From: an uncultured Phycisphaerales bacterium
GTDB lineage: Bacteria > Planctomycetota > Phycisphaerae > WQYP01
DNA length: 64,000 bases
Assembly (NCBI GenBank): GCA_903845195.1
Contig: CAIMWO010000033.1
Coordinates: forward strand, 2,347 to 66,346
Reading direction: 5' to 3'
This document shows, one piece after another, positions 10,875 to 20,800 of this stretch. The translations under genes were made by a program, and so were the position numbers. The first letter of the stretch is position 1; every line of letters starts with the position of its first letter. The notes beneath the pieces were generated by a model. It did no database searches, was not told the origin of the DNA, and worked only from the letters and a program-made list of their open reading frames with translations.

Positions 10875-11915
10875 TCATGTTTCGGGTCGATCAAACTTTG
10901 TCTCCGCGACATGGACTGGCTGGCCCGAAAGATGCGCGACGATTCGCTCTACATGCACATGACAGTTTTCCAGGAACACCTTGTACCCATGCTGCGTCCC
11001 CGCCACAGCCGTCCCCGCGACGTATACCCCGGGCACATTGGTCTGCATCGTTTCCGGATCGAACGTCGGGGTCTGCCGCTCGCCTTCGAGCGTTACGCCG
11101 GCCATTGCGCACAAACTCATGTCCGCGCAATAGCCCGTCAAAAGCAATACGAAATCCGCCGACACATCGAGGGTCGTTCCATCACCGTTCTGCAGCGTCA
11201 CCGCCTCGGGCGTGATCCGCGTCGGCAGCGTATGCCAATGGGCGGTGATCTTCCCGGTCTTGCACAGCGCAATGAATTCCGGATAGAGCCAGTACTTGAT
11301 GGATTCTTTGTCGATCGTATCCCGGCGATAGCTGAACGTGACGTTCGCGCCGGCCCGGTGGCAGCGCAGCGCCGCTTCCACCGCCGAATTACGCCCGCCG
11401 ACGATCAGCACGCGCTTCCGAAAGTAGGCGTGCGGATCGCGGAAATAATGGGACACGTGTCCCAGGTCTTCGCCGGGAATGTTGAGCAGGTTCGGCTTTT
11501 CCGTTCCGCCGGTCGCCAGGATAATGCGGCGCGCCGTGACCGTCTCAGGCAGCGCTTCCGGTTGCAGTGCAGACTGAACGGTGACGTGAAACACATCGCC
11601 CTGGCGCTCGATTCCCACGACGCGCCGATACGTCTGAATCTGAAGATCGAATTGTTCCACCACGCTGCGCAGATACGCCAGGTATTCCTCCCGCGACGCC
11701 TTTTCCTGTCCCGGCGTCACCAGCGGCACACCGGCGATGGCGATCCGGTCATTGGATGAAAACCAACGCGTTCCGGTAGCCCACCAGCCCATCGTCGCGC
11801 CGATCTGGCCCGCCTCAACGTGTACGTAGTCCAGTCCAGCCTTCTTAAGCCCCACGGCCACTTCAAGTCCCAGGGGCCCGGCGCCAACCAATAGGATGTC
11901 ATACTGCCTGTTCAT
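10875..11915 (-). CDS. FAD/NAD(P)-binding oxidoreductase, thioredoxin-reductase-like (YpdA-like)
   Basis: MNRQYDILLVGAGPLGLEVAVGLKKAG dinucleotide-binding motif. Second Rossmann VLIVGGRNSAVEAALRCHRAG. GVYVAGTAV near the C-terminus. Confidence 0.65.
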   Translation of the reverse strand: MNRQYDILLVGAGPLGLEVAVGLKKAGLDYVHVEAGQIGATMGWWATGTRWFSSNDRIAIAGVPLVTPGQEKASREEYLAYLRSVVEQFDLQIQTYRRVVGIERQGDVFHVTVQSALQPEALPETVTARRIILATGGTEKPNLLNIPGEDLGHVSHYFRDPHAYFRKRVLIVGGRNSAVEAALRCHRAGANVTFSYRRDTIDKESIKYWLYPEFIALCKTGKITAHWHTLPTRITPEAVTLQNGDGTTLDVSADFVLLLTGYCADMSLCAMAGVTLEGERQTPTFDPETMQTNVPGVYVAGTAVAGTQHGYKVFLENCHVHVERIVAHLSGQPVHVAETKFDRPET

Positions 11916-12062
11916 GCGGCACATCATAATCTATTTTTTCGTGATTAGAGATGTATGAGAATCGTTTTTTGGAATTCTTTTTTCCTTTGTCTGCTCCCCC
12001 GCGATCCTCTCCCGCGATATCATGCCGGACTCGATATCTTGCTTCCCTGACCAGGTGTTATT

Positions 12063-13427
12063 ATGTCTGCTTCCTCCGCTCCTCTCATGATCAGTGTTTC
12101 CGGCGTCCGCGGCATCATCGGCGCAACGCTCACGCCCCAGGTGGCCGTCGAGTTCGGCCAGGCTTTTGGACACTTTCTGAGAACGCAGAATCCCGGCCGC
12201 AAGTCGAAAGTCGCCATCGGCCGCGACACCCGACCCTCCGGCCCCATGGTTTTCGGCGCCGTCTCGGCGGGACTCATGTCCGTCGGCGTGGACGTCATCG
12301 ACGTGGATGTCGCCACCACGCCCTCCGTGGCACTCTTCGGCCGCTACCTGAAGACCGACGCATCCATTGTCATCACCGCCTCGCATAACCCGATCCTCTG
12401 GAATGGCATCAAGTTTCTCCGCCACGACGGCATCGCCTATCCGCCCGCCCAGGCCGCTCAAATCAAACAGATCTATTTCGACAAGCCGTGGAAACTCGTC
12501 CCCATCGAACACCTCGGCCTGCTCTCCACCGATTCCCGCATCCACGCCCATCACATTCAAACCGTGCTGCAATACTTCGACGTCCGGGGCATCGCCGCGC
12601 ACCGCTACCGCGTCGTCCTCGACTCCGTCAACGGCGCCGGCTGCATCGGCACACCCATGCTCACCGGCAAGCTCGGCGTCGAACTGATCCACATGAACGG
12701 CGAAGCCACCGGCCATTTCGCCCACACGCCGGAGCCCACGAAGGAAAACCTCGTCACGCTCGCCGACAAGGTCCGCGAGAAACGCGCTGCCGTCGGCTTC
12801 GCCCAGGACCCTGATGCCGACCGCCTCGCCGTCGTCGACGAAAACGGCACCTACATTGGTGAGGAATACACCCTCGCCCTCTGCACCTATGCCCGCATGC
12901 TCACCAAACCCGGCTCCGTCTGCGCCAACCTCTCCACCAGCCGCATGGTCGATGACATCGCGGCGAAGTTCGGCCAGAAGGTTTTCCGCACACCGGTAGG
13001 GGAGGCCAATGTCGCTTCCAAAATGATGGAAATCAATGCGGTAATCGGCGGCGAAGGCAACGGCGGCGTCATCGACCTGCGCGTCGGCCCCGTCCGCGAC
13101 AGCTTCCTCGGCATCGCCATGATCCTTGATCTGATGTCCCGCACCGGCAAGTCGATCTCGCAGATCGTTGCCGAACTGCCGCGCTATGCCATGCTCAAGA
13201 CCAAGTTTGAATGCACGCCCCAGCAGTCCGCCGCACTCGTCGAGAAAGTTAAAACGCAATTTGCCGACCAGAAACTCGACCTGCAGGATGGCGTCCGCAT
13301 TGATTGGCCGACGGGCTGGGTGCACGTCCGCCAAAGCAACACCGAGCCCATCGCCCGCGTGATCGCCGAAGCCGCCGACGAACAGACGGCCCAGTCGCTC
13401 GTGGCCCAGGTCCAAGCCCTCCGCTAA
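12063..13427 (+). CDS. glmM: alpha-D-phosphohexomutase family protein, phosphoglucosamine mutase-like
   Basis: ISVSGVRGIIG, active-site region TASHNPILWNGIKFL, GEGNGGVIDLRVGPVRDSFLG. Could also be a PMM/PGM-type enzyme. Confidence 0.7.
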   Translation: MSASSAPLMISVSGVRGIIGATLTPQVAVEFGQAFGHFLRTQNPGRKSKVAIGRDTRPSGPMVFGAVSAGLMSVGVDVIDVDVATTPSVALFGRYLKTDASIVITASHNPILWNGIKFLRHDGIAYPPAQAAQIKQIYFDKPWKLVPIEHLGLLSTDSRIHAHHIQTVLQYFDVRGIAAHRYRVVLDSVNGAGCIGTPMLTGKLGVELIHMNGEATGHFAHTPEPTKENLVTLADKVREKRAAVGFAQDPDADRLAVVDENGTYIGEEYTLALCTYARMLTKPGSVCANLSTSRMVDDIAAKFGQKVFRTPVGEANVASKMMEINAVIGGEGNGGVIDLRVGPVRDSFLGIAMILDLMSRTGKSISQIVAELPRYAMLKTKFECTPQQSAALVEKVKTQFADQKLDLQDGVRIDWPTGWVHVRQSNTEPIARVIAEAADEQTAQSLVAQVQALR

Positions 13428-13592
13428 TGCGACACAGGCCCTTGTTCGCGAACGTCAACTTCAGACTCCTTTCACCTTGCCCAGCTCCCCGCATGTTCGT
13501 ACAATACGCGACTCAAAATGCCATTAGGCTCGCTCCGGCTTGCTATGTTGCGGCTGGGGGTGTCCTGTACCATTGCTGAAGGGTAGTCCCAC

Positions 13593-13859
13593 ATGATCGC
13601 TGTTGAGAAGAAGAAAACCGTTATCGAATCCAATCGTAATCACGAGAAGGACACCGGATCTCCGGAAGTCCAGATCGCCCTGCTCACCGAACGCATCGCC
13701 GAACTCTCCGAACATCTCAAGTCCCACAAGAAGGATTTCTCGAGCCGCCGCGGCCTGCTGAAAATGGTCGGCACACGCAACAGCCTCTTGAAATACCTGA
13801 TCAACACCGACAAAGATCGGTATCAGAAGATCATCACCAAACTCGGATTGCGTAAGTAA
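13593..13859 (+). CDS. rpsO: 30S ribosomal protein S15
   Basis: 88 aa; [50 protein letters not shown] is the canonical S15 core. Immediately upstream of pnp, as in the conserved rpsO-pnp operon. Confidence 0.9.
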   Translation: MIAVEKKKTVIESNRNHEKDTGSPEVQIALLTERIAELSEHLKSHKKDFSSRRGLLKMVGTRNSLLKYLINTDKDRYQKIITKLGLRK

Positions 13860-13865
13860 ATTGCA

Positions 13866-13945
13866 GCAGCAAGAAACACGAAGCAGGCAATGGTTGTGAT
13901 TCCTCTTGCTTCCGGATTTCTTGCTTCTTGTTTCTATTTTTTGTT
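13866..13945 (+). terminator. rpsO-pnp intergenic stem-loop(s) followed by a T-rich tract (terminator/attenuator or RNase III-type processing hairpin)
   Basis: agcaagaaa...tttcttgct long-range inverted repeat enclosing gaagcagg/cttgcttc, followed by ttgtttctattttttgtttgtt. Confidence 0.35.
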
Positions 13946-14015
13946 TGTTGGCTGGCTGAAATACGTAACGGTAGGCCGGTGAAAGATAAGTTCTATTTAG
14001 CGTAAGGAAAAAACA

Positions 14016-16181
14016 ATGGCAGTCGTCAAAGTCACTCGTGAGATCGGTGGGAAAACATTAAGTCTGGAAACCGGCCTTCTGGCCAAGCAGGCTGATGGGG
14101 CAGTGCTCGTGCGCTACGGCGATACGGTCATCCTCGCCACCGTCGTCAGCTCCGACCCCCGCCCCGGAACTGATTTCTTCCCCCTGACCGTCGATTATCG
14201 CGAAAAAACTTCCGCGGCCGGCAAGTTCCCCGGCGGCTTCATCAAGCGCGAAGGTCGCCCCACCACCAAGGAAACCCTCACCGCCCGCATGATCGACCGT
14301 CCCATCCGTCCGCTCTTCCCCTTCGGCTATTTTGACGAAGTGCTCATTCAGATCATGGTGCTCTCCGCCGACGGTCAGAACGACCCCGACGTGCTCTCCA
14401 TGATCGGCGCCTCGGCCGCCCTGGCCATCTCTTCGGTCCCGTTCGAAGGCCCGATCGGCGCCGTCCGCGTCGCCCGCGTCGACGGCCAGTTCAAAGTCAT
14501 GCCCGTCACCGCGGAAATGGACCTCTCTGATCTGGACCTGCTCCTCTCCGGCACCGAAGACGCCGTCAACATGATCGAAGTCGGCGCTCGCGAGCTGCCG
14601 GAAACCGTCATTCTTGACGCCATCAAGCTCGGACACGCGGCCATCCGCGAAATTACCGGCGCGATCGGCGAACTCCAGAAACAAGTCGGCAAGCCCAAGT
14701 TCGGCAAGCTCAACAAGCCCACCGACGAACTCGTCGCAGCCATCAGCAAGAAGTATGGCAGCGAGATTCTTGCCTCCAAGAACATCGTCAAGAAGCAGGA
14801 ACGCAATGACGCCGTCAAGGCCGTCAAGGAAAAGATCAAGGCCGAATTCCTCGCCATTGATACCAAGACCACCAAGCCGCTCAATGATCCCTTCCATGTC
14901 GCACTGGCTATTTCCGTCATCGAGGAAAAGCTCATTCGGGACATGATCCTCTCCGGCAAACGCCCCGACGGCCGTGACACCAAGACCATCCGGCCCCTCA
15001 TGGGCGCCGTTTCGCTCTTGCCCCGCACTCACGGCTCGGCACTCTTCCAGCGCGGCGAAACGCAGGTGCTCACCACCGCCACCCTCGGCACCGGTGAAGA
15101 CGAACAGATCGTCGACGGTCTCGGCGATGAATATTCCAAGAAGTTCATGCTCCACTACAACTTCCCGCCGTTCTCCACCGGCGAAGTCAAACGCATCATG
15201 GGTCCCGGCCGCCGCGAAATCGGCCACGGTGCCCTGGCCGAACGTTCGCTCGAAGCCGTCCTCCCCACGCCGGACGTCTTCCCGTACGTCGTCCGCCTCG
15301 TCTGCGACGTGATGGAATCCAATGGCAGCTCCTCGATGGCCTCCGTTTGCTCCGGCACCCTCGCCCTCCTCGACGCCGGCGTCCCGATCGTCCGCCCCGT
15401 CGCGGGCATCTCCATCGGCCTGGTCAAGGAAGGCACGCGCGAAGAACTGCTCACCGACATCATCGGTGAGGAAGATCACTACGGCGATATGGATTTCAAG
15501 GTCTCCGGCACCACCGAAGGCGTCACCGGCATCCAACTCGACCTCAAGATTCGCGGCCTCTCCTTCGACATCATCGAACGCACTTTCGTCCGCGCTAAGG
15601 AAGCCCGCTTCTTCATCCTCGGCGAAATGGCCAAGGTTCTCTCCACCCACCGCCCGCAGATTTCCCAGTTCGCACCGCGCCTGCTCACCATCAAGATCAA
15701 CCCGGAAAAGATCGGCAAGATCATCGGACCCGGCGGCAAGACGATCAAAGCGATCGTCGAACGCACCGGCGCCAAGATCGATATCGAAGACGATGGCTCA
15801 GTGTTCATCGCCGCGATGGGCATGGAGGCTGCCGAGAAGGCCCGCGAGGAAATCGAACGCCTCTCCGAAGACGTCAAGATCGGCAAGATCTACAACGGCA
15901 AGGTCACCAGCATCAAGGATTTCGGCGCGTTCATCGAAGTCATCCCCGGCCAGGACGGCCTGTGCCACATTTCCGAACTCGCCGACCGATTCCTCAAGAC
16001 GGTGGGCGAAGAAGTGAAGATGGGCCAGAGCGTCCGCGTGAAGGTCATCTCCATCGACGACCAGGGCCGCATTAAGCTCTCGCGCAAGCAGGCGATGCGT
16101 GATGAAGCCCCGAAGCAGCCGGCCCCGGCCGCTCCCCAGGAGCAGGCCCAGCCCGTTGGCGACCCCACCGCCCCGGCCTGA
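14016..16181 (+). CDS. pnp: polyribonucleotide nucleotidyltransferase (PNPase)
   Basis: 721 aa. Two RNase PH domains, KH (KIGKIIGPGGKTIKAI) and S1 (GKIYNGKVTSIKDFGAFIEV) at the C-terminus. Follows rpsO. Confidence 0.95.
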   Translation: MAVVKVTREIGGKTLSLETGLLAKQADGAVLVRYGDTVILATVVSSDPRPGTDFFPLTVDYREKTSAAGKFPGGFIKREGRPTTKETLTARMIDRPIRPLFPFGYFDEVLIQIMVLSADGQNDPDVLSMIGASAALAISSVPFEGPIGAVRVARVDGQFKVMPVTAEMDLSDLDLLLSGTEDAVNMIEVGARELPETVILDAIKLGHAAIREITGAIGELQKQVGKPKFGKLNKPTDELVAAISKKYGSEILASKNIVKKQERNDAVKAVKEKIKAEFLAIDTKTTKPLNDPFHVALAISVIEEKLIRDMILSGKRPDGRDTKTIRPLMGAVSLLPRTHGSALFQRGETQVLTTATLGTGEDEQIVDGLGDEYSKKFMLHYNFPPFSTGEVKRIMGPGRREIGHGALAERSLEAVLPTPDVFPYVVRLVCDVMESNGSSSMASVCSGTLALLDAGVPIVRPVAGISIGLVKEGTREELLTDIIGEEDHYGDMDFKVSGTTEGVTGIQLDLKIRGLSFDIIERTFVRAKEARFFILGEMAKVLSTHRPQISQFAPRLLTIKINPEKIGKIIGPGGKTIKAIVERTGAKIDIEDDGSVFIAAMGMEAAEKAREEIERLSEDVKIGKIYNGKVTSIKDFGAFIEVIPGQDGLCHISELADRFLKTVGEEVKMGQSVRVKVISIDDQGRIKLSRKQAMRDEAPKQPAPAAPQEQAQPVGDPTAPA

Positions 16182-16216
16182 TTCTGCGGAATCAGACGCC
16201 ATCCAGCAGTAATCAT

Positions 16217-16255
16217 GCCGCCCGAAAGGATCCTCCTTTCGGGCGGCTTTTCTTT
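16217..16255 (+). terminator. rho-independent terminator downstream of pnp
   Basis: gccgcccgaaagga-tcc-tcctttcgggcggc perfect 13-14 bp GC-rich stem followed by ttttcttt. Confidence 0.7.
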
Positions 16256-16594
16256 ACCCGCACCGTTCCATTGACCCCACCCGATCCGCCGCTAAGATGC
16301 CATTCGTGTAGACGCTGGAAATTCTTGCCGAATGTGGAGATTGATGCCTGTCCCGATGGGCACGCAGAGATTTCTGCAGCGGGGGACCCGATGCGGCCTC
16401 CAAACGGACCGCTCTGGGGCGAATCTGCCATACCGGCAGTAGGCGTATCAGCGCGCCGAGCCCGTCAGCTTACCTCGCAGGCTACACCGGAGTGAAGACG
16501 CAGAACGAAATCCGCGCCCAGAAGGCTGCCGGGAAGTTCCCGAACTGCGGCCCGATTTTTCTGTGTGCCGTGCGCGCTGCGTTGTCAGAATCGT

Positions 16595-18577
16595 ATGCTC
16601 GTATCCCATCAAGAACGCCCGCGCGAACTCCGCTGGTACCACGCCGGTCCCATGCTCTATGGCGACTGGGGCACCAGTCGTTTCTACGTCCTCGGGCTGG
16701 CCTTCTATTTTGCGCTTTACGCCTCCTTCTGGTACATCCTTGGCGTGGGTCTCCTCGTGGCCGCCGTCGGCTGGGCCTACACGGTGGTTTGCCGCGTCTA
16801 TCCCGATGGCGGGGGAGTCTACTCCGCCGCCCGCCAGCTCAGCCCCGTCCTCTCGGTCATCGGCGCTCTACTCCTCTTTGCCGACTATGCCGTCACCGCC
16901 GCCCTCTCCGCATTCGAAGGCATCCATTACTTCGGCATCGAATCCAATCATTGGGTGCAGGTCGGCGCCATCGGCAGCATTCTTTTCCTCGGCTTGATCA
17001 ACTACATCGGCCCCAAGCGTGCCGGCGCGTTCGCACTCGTCGTGGCCCTGGCCACCCTCGTCTGCACGCTGATTCTGGTTGCCTTTTCCATACCCCATCT
17101 CCATGCCGGCTGGTCGCATATCGCCTCTCCCCAAGGCGCCATGACGCATCGCTGGTCCACCCTCGTCAACGTCGTGCTCGCACTCTCCGGCGTCGAGGCC
17201 ATCGCCAACATGACCGGCATCATGGTGCAGCCGGTCAGCAGCACTAGCAAGAAATCCATCTGGCCGGTCCTGGCCGAGGTGGTCATATTCAACATCCTGC
17301 TGGGCATCGCCATGCTCGCCCTGCCCGCCGCGCTGCAGACCGCTTCCTCGGACCCCGCAGAATTCACCAAGCCCGCCTACGTCTATGACCGCCAGCGCGC
17401 CGAATTTCAGGACAACAACCCGGGCTACAAGTCCGACCCCGTGCTCAAAGCCCGCTTCGACGCCCTGCCCGAAAAATCCCGTAACGAAGAGCGCATGCAG
17501 AAAGTCGTGCTTCGCGTCATGGGCGAACAGTTCGTTCACCCCTGGTTCGGCGCCATTAGCGGCGTCGTCTTCGGACTTCTCCTGATTTCCGCGGTTAATA
17601 CCGTCATCGGCGGCATGGTCTCCGTCAGCTACGTCATGTCCCGCGATACCGAGTTGCCGCGTTTCTTCGGCAAGCTCAATCTCTTCGGCGTGCCGTGGCT
17701 CGGACTGATCCCGGCGATCATCGTGCCCTGCCTGCTGCTGCTGCTCTTTACCGATCTCGATGCACTGGCGGATCTCTATGCGATCGGCGTCGTCGGCGCG
17801 ATCGCCATCAATCTCTCGTGTTGCACCATCAATCGCAGACTCCCCGTCAAGAAATGGGAACGCACCGCCATCGGTTTCATCGCCGCGGTCATGATCGCCA
17901 TCGAACTCACGCTCGCCGTGCAGAAGTGGCACGCCCTGGTATTCGTCTCGATCATTCTTGTGATCGGCCTGGGGATGCGGCTCTTCACCAAGTGGTACTT
18001 GCCCGCCCGCGCCAGAATGGGTCTGCCTCCCACGCCCGAGACCCTGACGACCGGCCGTTACCGCGGCGCCGAAACTCACATCGAGCGTCCTGCGCCGGCC
18101 GTGGCCGCCGAAGGCAAGATCTCCGTCAGCATGTTTGGTACTCCCGCGGAACAGTTGGATATGTCCAAACCGCACGTCCTCGTCGCGGCGCGCGGTTCCA
18201 AACCTCTCCTCGATTTTGCCGCAACCTACGCCAAGCAAATCAACGGCATCCTGTTTGTCATCTTCGTTCGCCAGGTCAACGTCGCCTTCGAGATGGGCGC
18301 CCGTGCCCCCACCCTCGATGAAGATCCCGCTGCCCGCAATGTCTTTGAAATGGCCGCCCAGGCCTGCAGGGATGCCAGTGTCCCGCTCATCCCCATCTAC
18401 GCTGTCAGCGGCGATGTGGCTTATTCCATCCTCGACTTCGCCGCCACTTACGACGTCCGCGCCCTGCTCATGGGCGTCAGCCGCAAGGGCACATTCCTCC
18501 GCGCCCTGCAGGGCGACGTCCTTACCGCCGTCGCCGATCAGCTCCCCGCCGACATCCCGCTGCTGATTCACGCCTGA
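16595..18577 (+). CDS. APC-superfamily amino-acid permease fused to a C-terminal universal stress protein (UspA) domain
   Basis: About 12 hydrophobic helices from YGDWGTSRFYVLGLAFYF. C-terminal ~150 aa HVLVAARGSKPLLDFAATYAKQINGILFVIFV...ALLMGVSRKGTFLRALQGDVLTAVADQLPADIPLLIH is Usp-like. Confidence 0.65.
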   Translation: MLVSHQERPRELRWYHAGPMLYGDWGTSRFYVLGLAFYFALYASFWYILGVGLLVAAVGWAYTVVCRVYPDGGGVYSAARQLSPVLSVIGALLLFADYAVTAALSAFEGIHYFGIESNHWVQVGAIGSILFLGLINYIGPKRAGAFALVVALATLVCTLILVAFSIPHLHAGWSHIASPQGAMTHRWSTLVNVVLALSGVEAIANMTGIMVQPVSSTSKKSIWPVLAEVVIFNILLGIAMLALPAALQTASSDPAEFTKPAYVYDRQRAEFQDNNPGYKSDPVLKARFDALPEKSRNEERMQKVVLRVMGEQFVHPWFGAISGVVFGLLLISAVNTVIGGMVSVSYVMSRDTELPRFFGKLNLFGVPWLGLIPAIIVPCLLLLLFTDLDALADLYAIGVVGAIAINLSCCTINRRLPVKKWERTAIGFIAAVMIAIELTLAVQKWHALVFVSIILVIGLGMRLFTKWYLPARARMGLPPTPETLTTGRYRGAETHIERPAPAVAAEGKISVSMFGTPAEQLDMSKPHVLVAARGSKPLLDFAATYAKQINGILFVIFVRQVNVAFEMGARAPTLDEDPAARNVFEMAAQACRDASVPLIPIYAVSGDVAYSILDFAATYDVRALLMGVSRKGTFLRALQGDVLTAVADQLPADIPLLIHA

Positions 18578-18598
18578 AAATAGAATTGCGCTCTGGTA

Positions 18599-19684
18599 TT
18601 ACCGCTCGAACGGTCGGGGCAATCGCGTCCAGTCCAGAACCACGCCGGTGTATGTTTCGGGATGCAGAAGCAGTCCGTCGTAAGCCTGTTTAATTTCGCT
18701 GGGCTCCATCCGGTGCGAAATGAGCGGCGCGATCTGCATCCGGCCGGCCATGATCCAGTCAAAAATCATCCGTTGTTTGTCGAAGAGATTGGGGCCGTTG
18801 CCCGGTGTCGGCGGATAGGCCGGAATACACCACTCGTGAGCCCCGCGAACCGTCAGGAAGCGGGTGTGGATCGCATTGAGAAACGGCGTCAAGTCGGTGG
18901 GATAATCGCCCCGCGCCGTTCCCAGTAGAATAAGCTGGCCGTGCTGCGCGGTGGCCTGCAGTGCCTGCAATGCCACTGCGGAATTTCCCGCCGCTTCGAC
19001 CGAGATATGGGCAAGCTGTCCCTCCGTCAGTTCGCGAATTTGTGTGAGAACCTCCGCGGGTGTTCCGCCCAGGACGTGCGGGATGTTGCACACACTCGCC
19101 AGCTTTCGCCGCGCCGCATTCGGATCGACGCCGATTACGCGTGCCCCCAAAATTCCAAACGCCTGCGCCGCCAGGTTTCCCACGGCCCCCAACCCAAAAA
19201 CCACCACCCACGGATGCCGCGGCAACTCCGCCTTGATCACCGCCGTTGCCGCCACGCCCGCCATCCTCGACGCCGCGGCAATCGCAGGATCCAGCCCCTC
19301 CGGCACCGCAATCGAAAACCCCTGCTCGTACTTCGCTTCATCTCCCTTGACCAGCGAGGCATGTTTTTGAAACGCAAAGATCCGTTGCCCCGGCTTCACC
19401 CGCGTTACACGCTCCCCGATCGCTCGCACAATACCCACATTCCCATACCCCGGCCGAAACGGATGCGAGCACCAGTTCCCCGGCACCAGCGCATCCTTGG
19501 ATAGCCCCGTGTAAATCGCCAGCTCCGTCCCCGCACTGATAAACGAGAACTCCGTCTCCACCAGAAATTCCGTCGGCAACAGCGTCAGGTCAAACGCATT
19601 CGTCTGCAGTTCAACCTGGTTTTGCGAAGTAATGACGATTTCGTGGCGTTGCATGGAGGGTAGAGTAAGTGCGACGCAGGCCAT
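18599..19684 (-). CDS. zinc-type alcohol dehydrogenase-like protein (MDR superfamily, BchC-like subgroup)
   Basis: FSFISAGTELAIYTG, PGYGNVGIVRAIGERV, Rossmann VVVFGLGAVGNLAAQAFGILGARVIGVD. Alternative start MQRHEIV at 19654. Confidence 0.6.
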   Translation of the reverse strand: MACVALTLPSMQRHEIVITSQNQVELQTNAFDLTLLPTEFLVETEFSFISAGTELAIYTGLSKDALVPGNWCSHPFRPGYGNVGIVRAIGERVTRVKPGQRIFAFQKHASLVKGDEAKYEQGFSIAVPEGLDPAIAAASRMAGVAATAVIKAELPRHPWVVVFGLGAVGNLAAQAFGILGARVIGVDPNAARRKLASVCNIPHVLGGTPAEVLTQIRELTEGQLAHISVEAAGNSAVALQALQATAQHGQLILLGTARGDYPTDLTPFLNAIHTRFLTVRGAHEWCIPAYPPTPGNGPNLFDKQRMIFDWIMAGRMQIAPLISHRMEPSEIKQAYDGLLLHPETYTGVVLDWTRLPRPFER

Positions 19685-19734
19685 CGGTCAATCCGTGAAT
19701 GGTCTTTGCCCCCGCGAGTTCCTGCTTCTCGTCT

Positions 19735-20364
19735 TCACACTTTCGTTCGACCGCTGATCGCGTCTGCCAGAATTGCTTTGTTCGAATATTCGATCTGTGC
19801 CCCCGCCGGAAGACCGCGTGCCAATCGCGTGATCGCAATGTGCGGCGCCACCCGTCCAATCTCCTGCTGCAGATATAACGAAGTGCCGTCCCCCTCCATC
19901 GTCGGATTCGTCGCCAGGATGATTTCTTTCACTCCCGACGCCACGCCCTCCACCGAGGGCCCAATCCGCGCCAGCAACTGCGGTATCGTCAGTTCACTCG
20001 GCGTCACATTCTCCAGCGGCGCGATTCTCCCCAGCAACACGTGATATACGCCTTTGAAAACTCCGGTCGATTCCAATTGCAGCAAATCCTTCGGCTGCTC
20101 CACCACGCAGATCACTTCATGGTCCCGCCCCGCGTTACCGCAGATACTGCATGGATCGCTCTCCGTCAGATTGAAGCAGATCGAACAATGCCGCACCTGC
20201 TCCTTCATCGAACGGATCGCATCGGCCAGCGCCAGCGCCTCCTCCTTCGGGCTCTTCAGCAGATGAAACGCCATCCGCTCGGCCGATCGCGTCCCCACTC
20301 CCGGCAGCCGCGCCAGCATCTCCATCAACTTCCGCAGCGACTCAGTGTAATGTGGATTTGTCAT
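19735..20364 (-). CDS. recR: recombination protein RecR
   Basis: HhH LPGVGTRSAERMAFHLL, C4 zinc finger CSICFNLTESDPCSIC, Toprim VICVVEQPKDLLQLE. Conserved dnaX-ybaB-recR order. Confidence 0.9.
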   Translation of the reverse strand: MTNPHYTESLRKLMEMLARLPGVGTRSAERMAFHLLKSPKEEALALADAIRSMKEQVRHCSICFNLTESDPCSICGNAGRDHEVICVVEQPKDLLQLESTGVFKGVYHVLLGRIAPLENVTPSELTIPQLLARIGPSVEGVASGVKEIILATNPTMEGDGTSLYLQQEIGRVAPHIAITRLARGLPAGAQIEYSNKAILADAISGRTKV

Positions 20365-20452
20365 GAGTACTCGGTAGTCCGTGGCCCGTGGTCAGAGAAT
20401 AAGGGGCCATGGGTCTGACCACTGACCACTGGCCGCCGACAACGATTATGTC

Positions 20453-20797
20453 TTACTGCCCCAGCATCCCGCGCATCGCACCCAAATCCAATCCACCCGT
20501 CACCTGCTCCATTTCCTTCTCGACGGCCGCCTTCGCATTCCTGATCGCCTGGTTCACCGCGGCCCGCGTCAGATCCGAAAGCAACTCCGTATCCGTCAGC
20601 GGCGCCGTCGTCGCGTACGTAATCCGCGTAATTTCGAAAAGCCCGTTTGCTTCTGCTGTTACCAGCGATCCGCCCGCCGTGCCTGTGGCCCGCAACTGTG
20701 GCAGCCGCGCCTGCACTTCCTGCATCTTCGCCTGCATCTCCCGCGCCTTGGCCAGCATCGGCCCCATCTGTCCCAACGCCTTCAACTGATCAAACAT
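20453..20797 (-). CDS. ybaB: nucleoid-associated protein YbaB/EbfC
   Basis: 114 aa; MFDQLKALGQMGPMLAKAREMQAKMQEVQARL...GGLVTAEANGLFEITRI matches the YbaB family. Located between dnaX and recR. Confidence 0.85.
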   Translation of the reverse strand: MFDQLKALGQMGPMLAKAREMQAKMQEVQARLPQLRATGTAGGSLVTAEANGLFEITRITYATTAPLTDTELLSDLTRAAVNQAIRNAKAAVEKEMEQVTGGLDLGAMRGMLGQ

Positions 20798-20800
20798 TTC

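Noticed and set aside
12367-12999. Arg/Pro/Ser-rich ORFs inside the phosphohexomutase gene
   Set aside because: They are out-of-frame translations of glmM-like coding sequence. Their composition is typical of GC-rich frame shadows.
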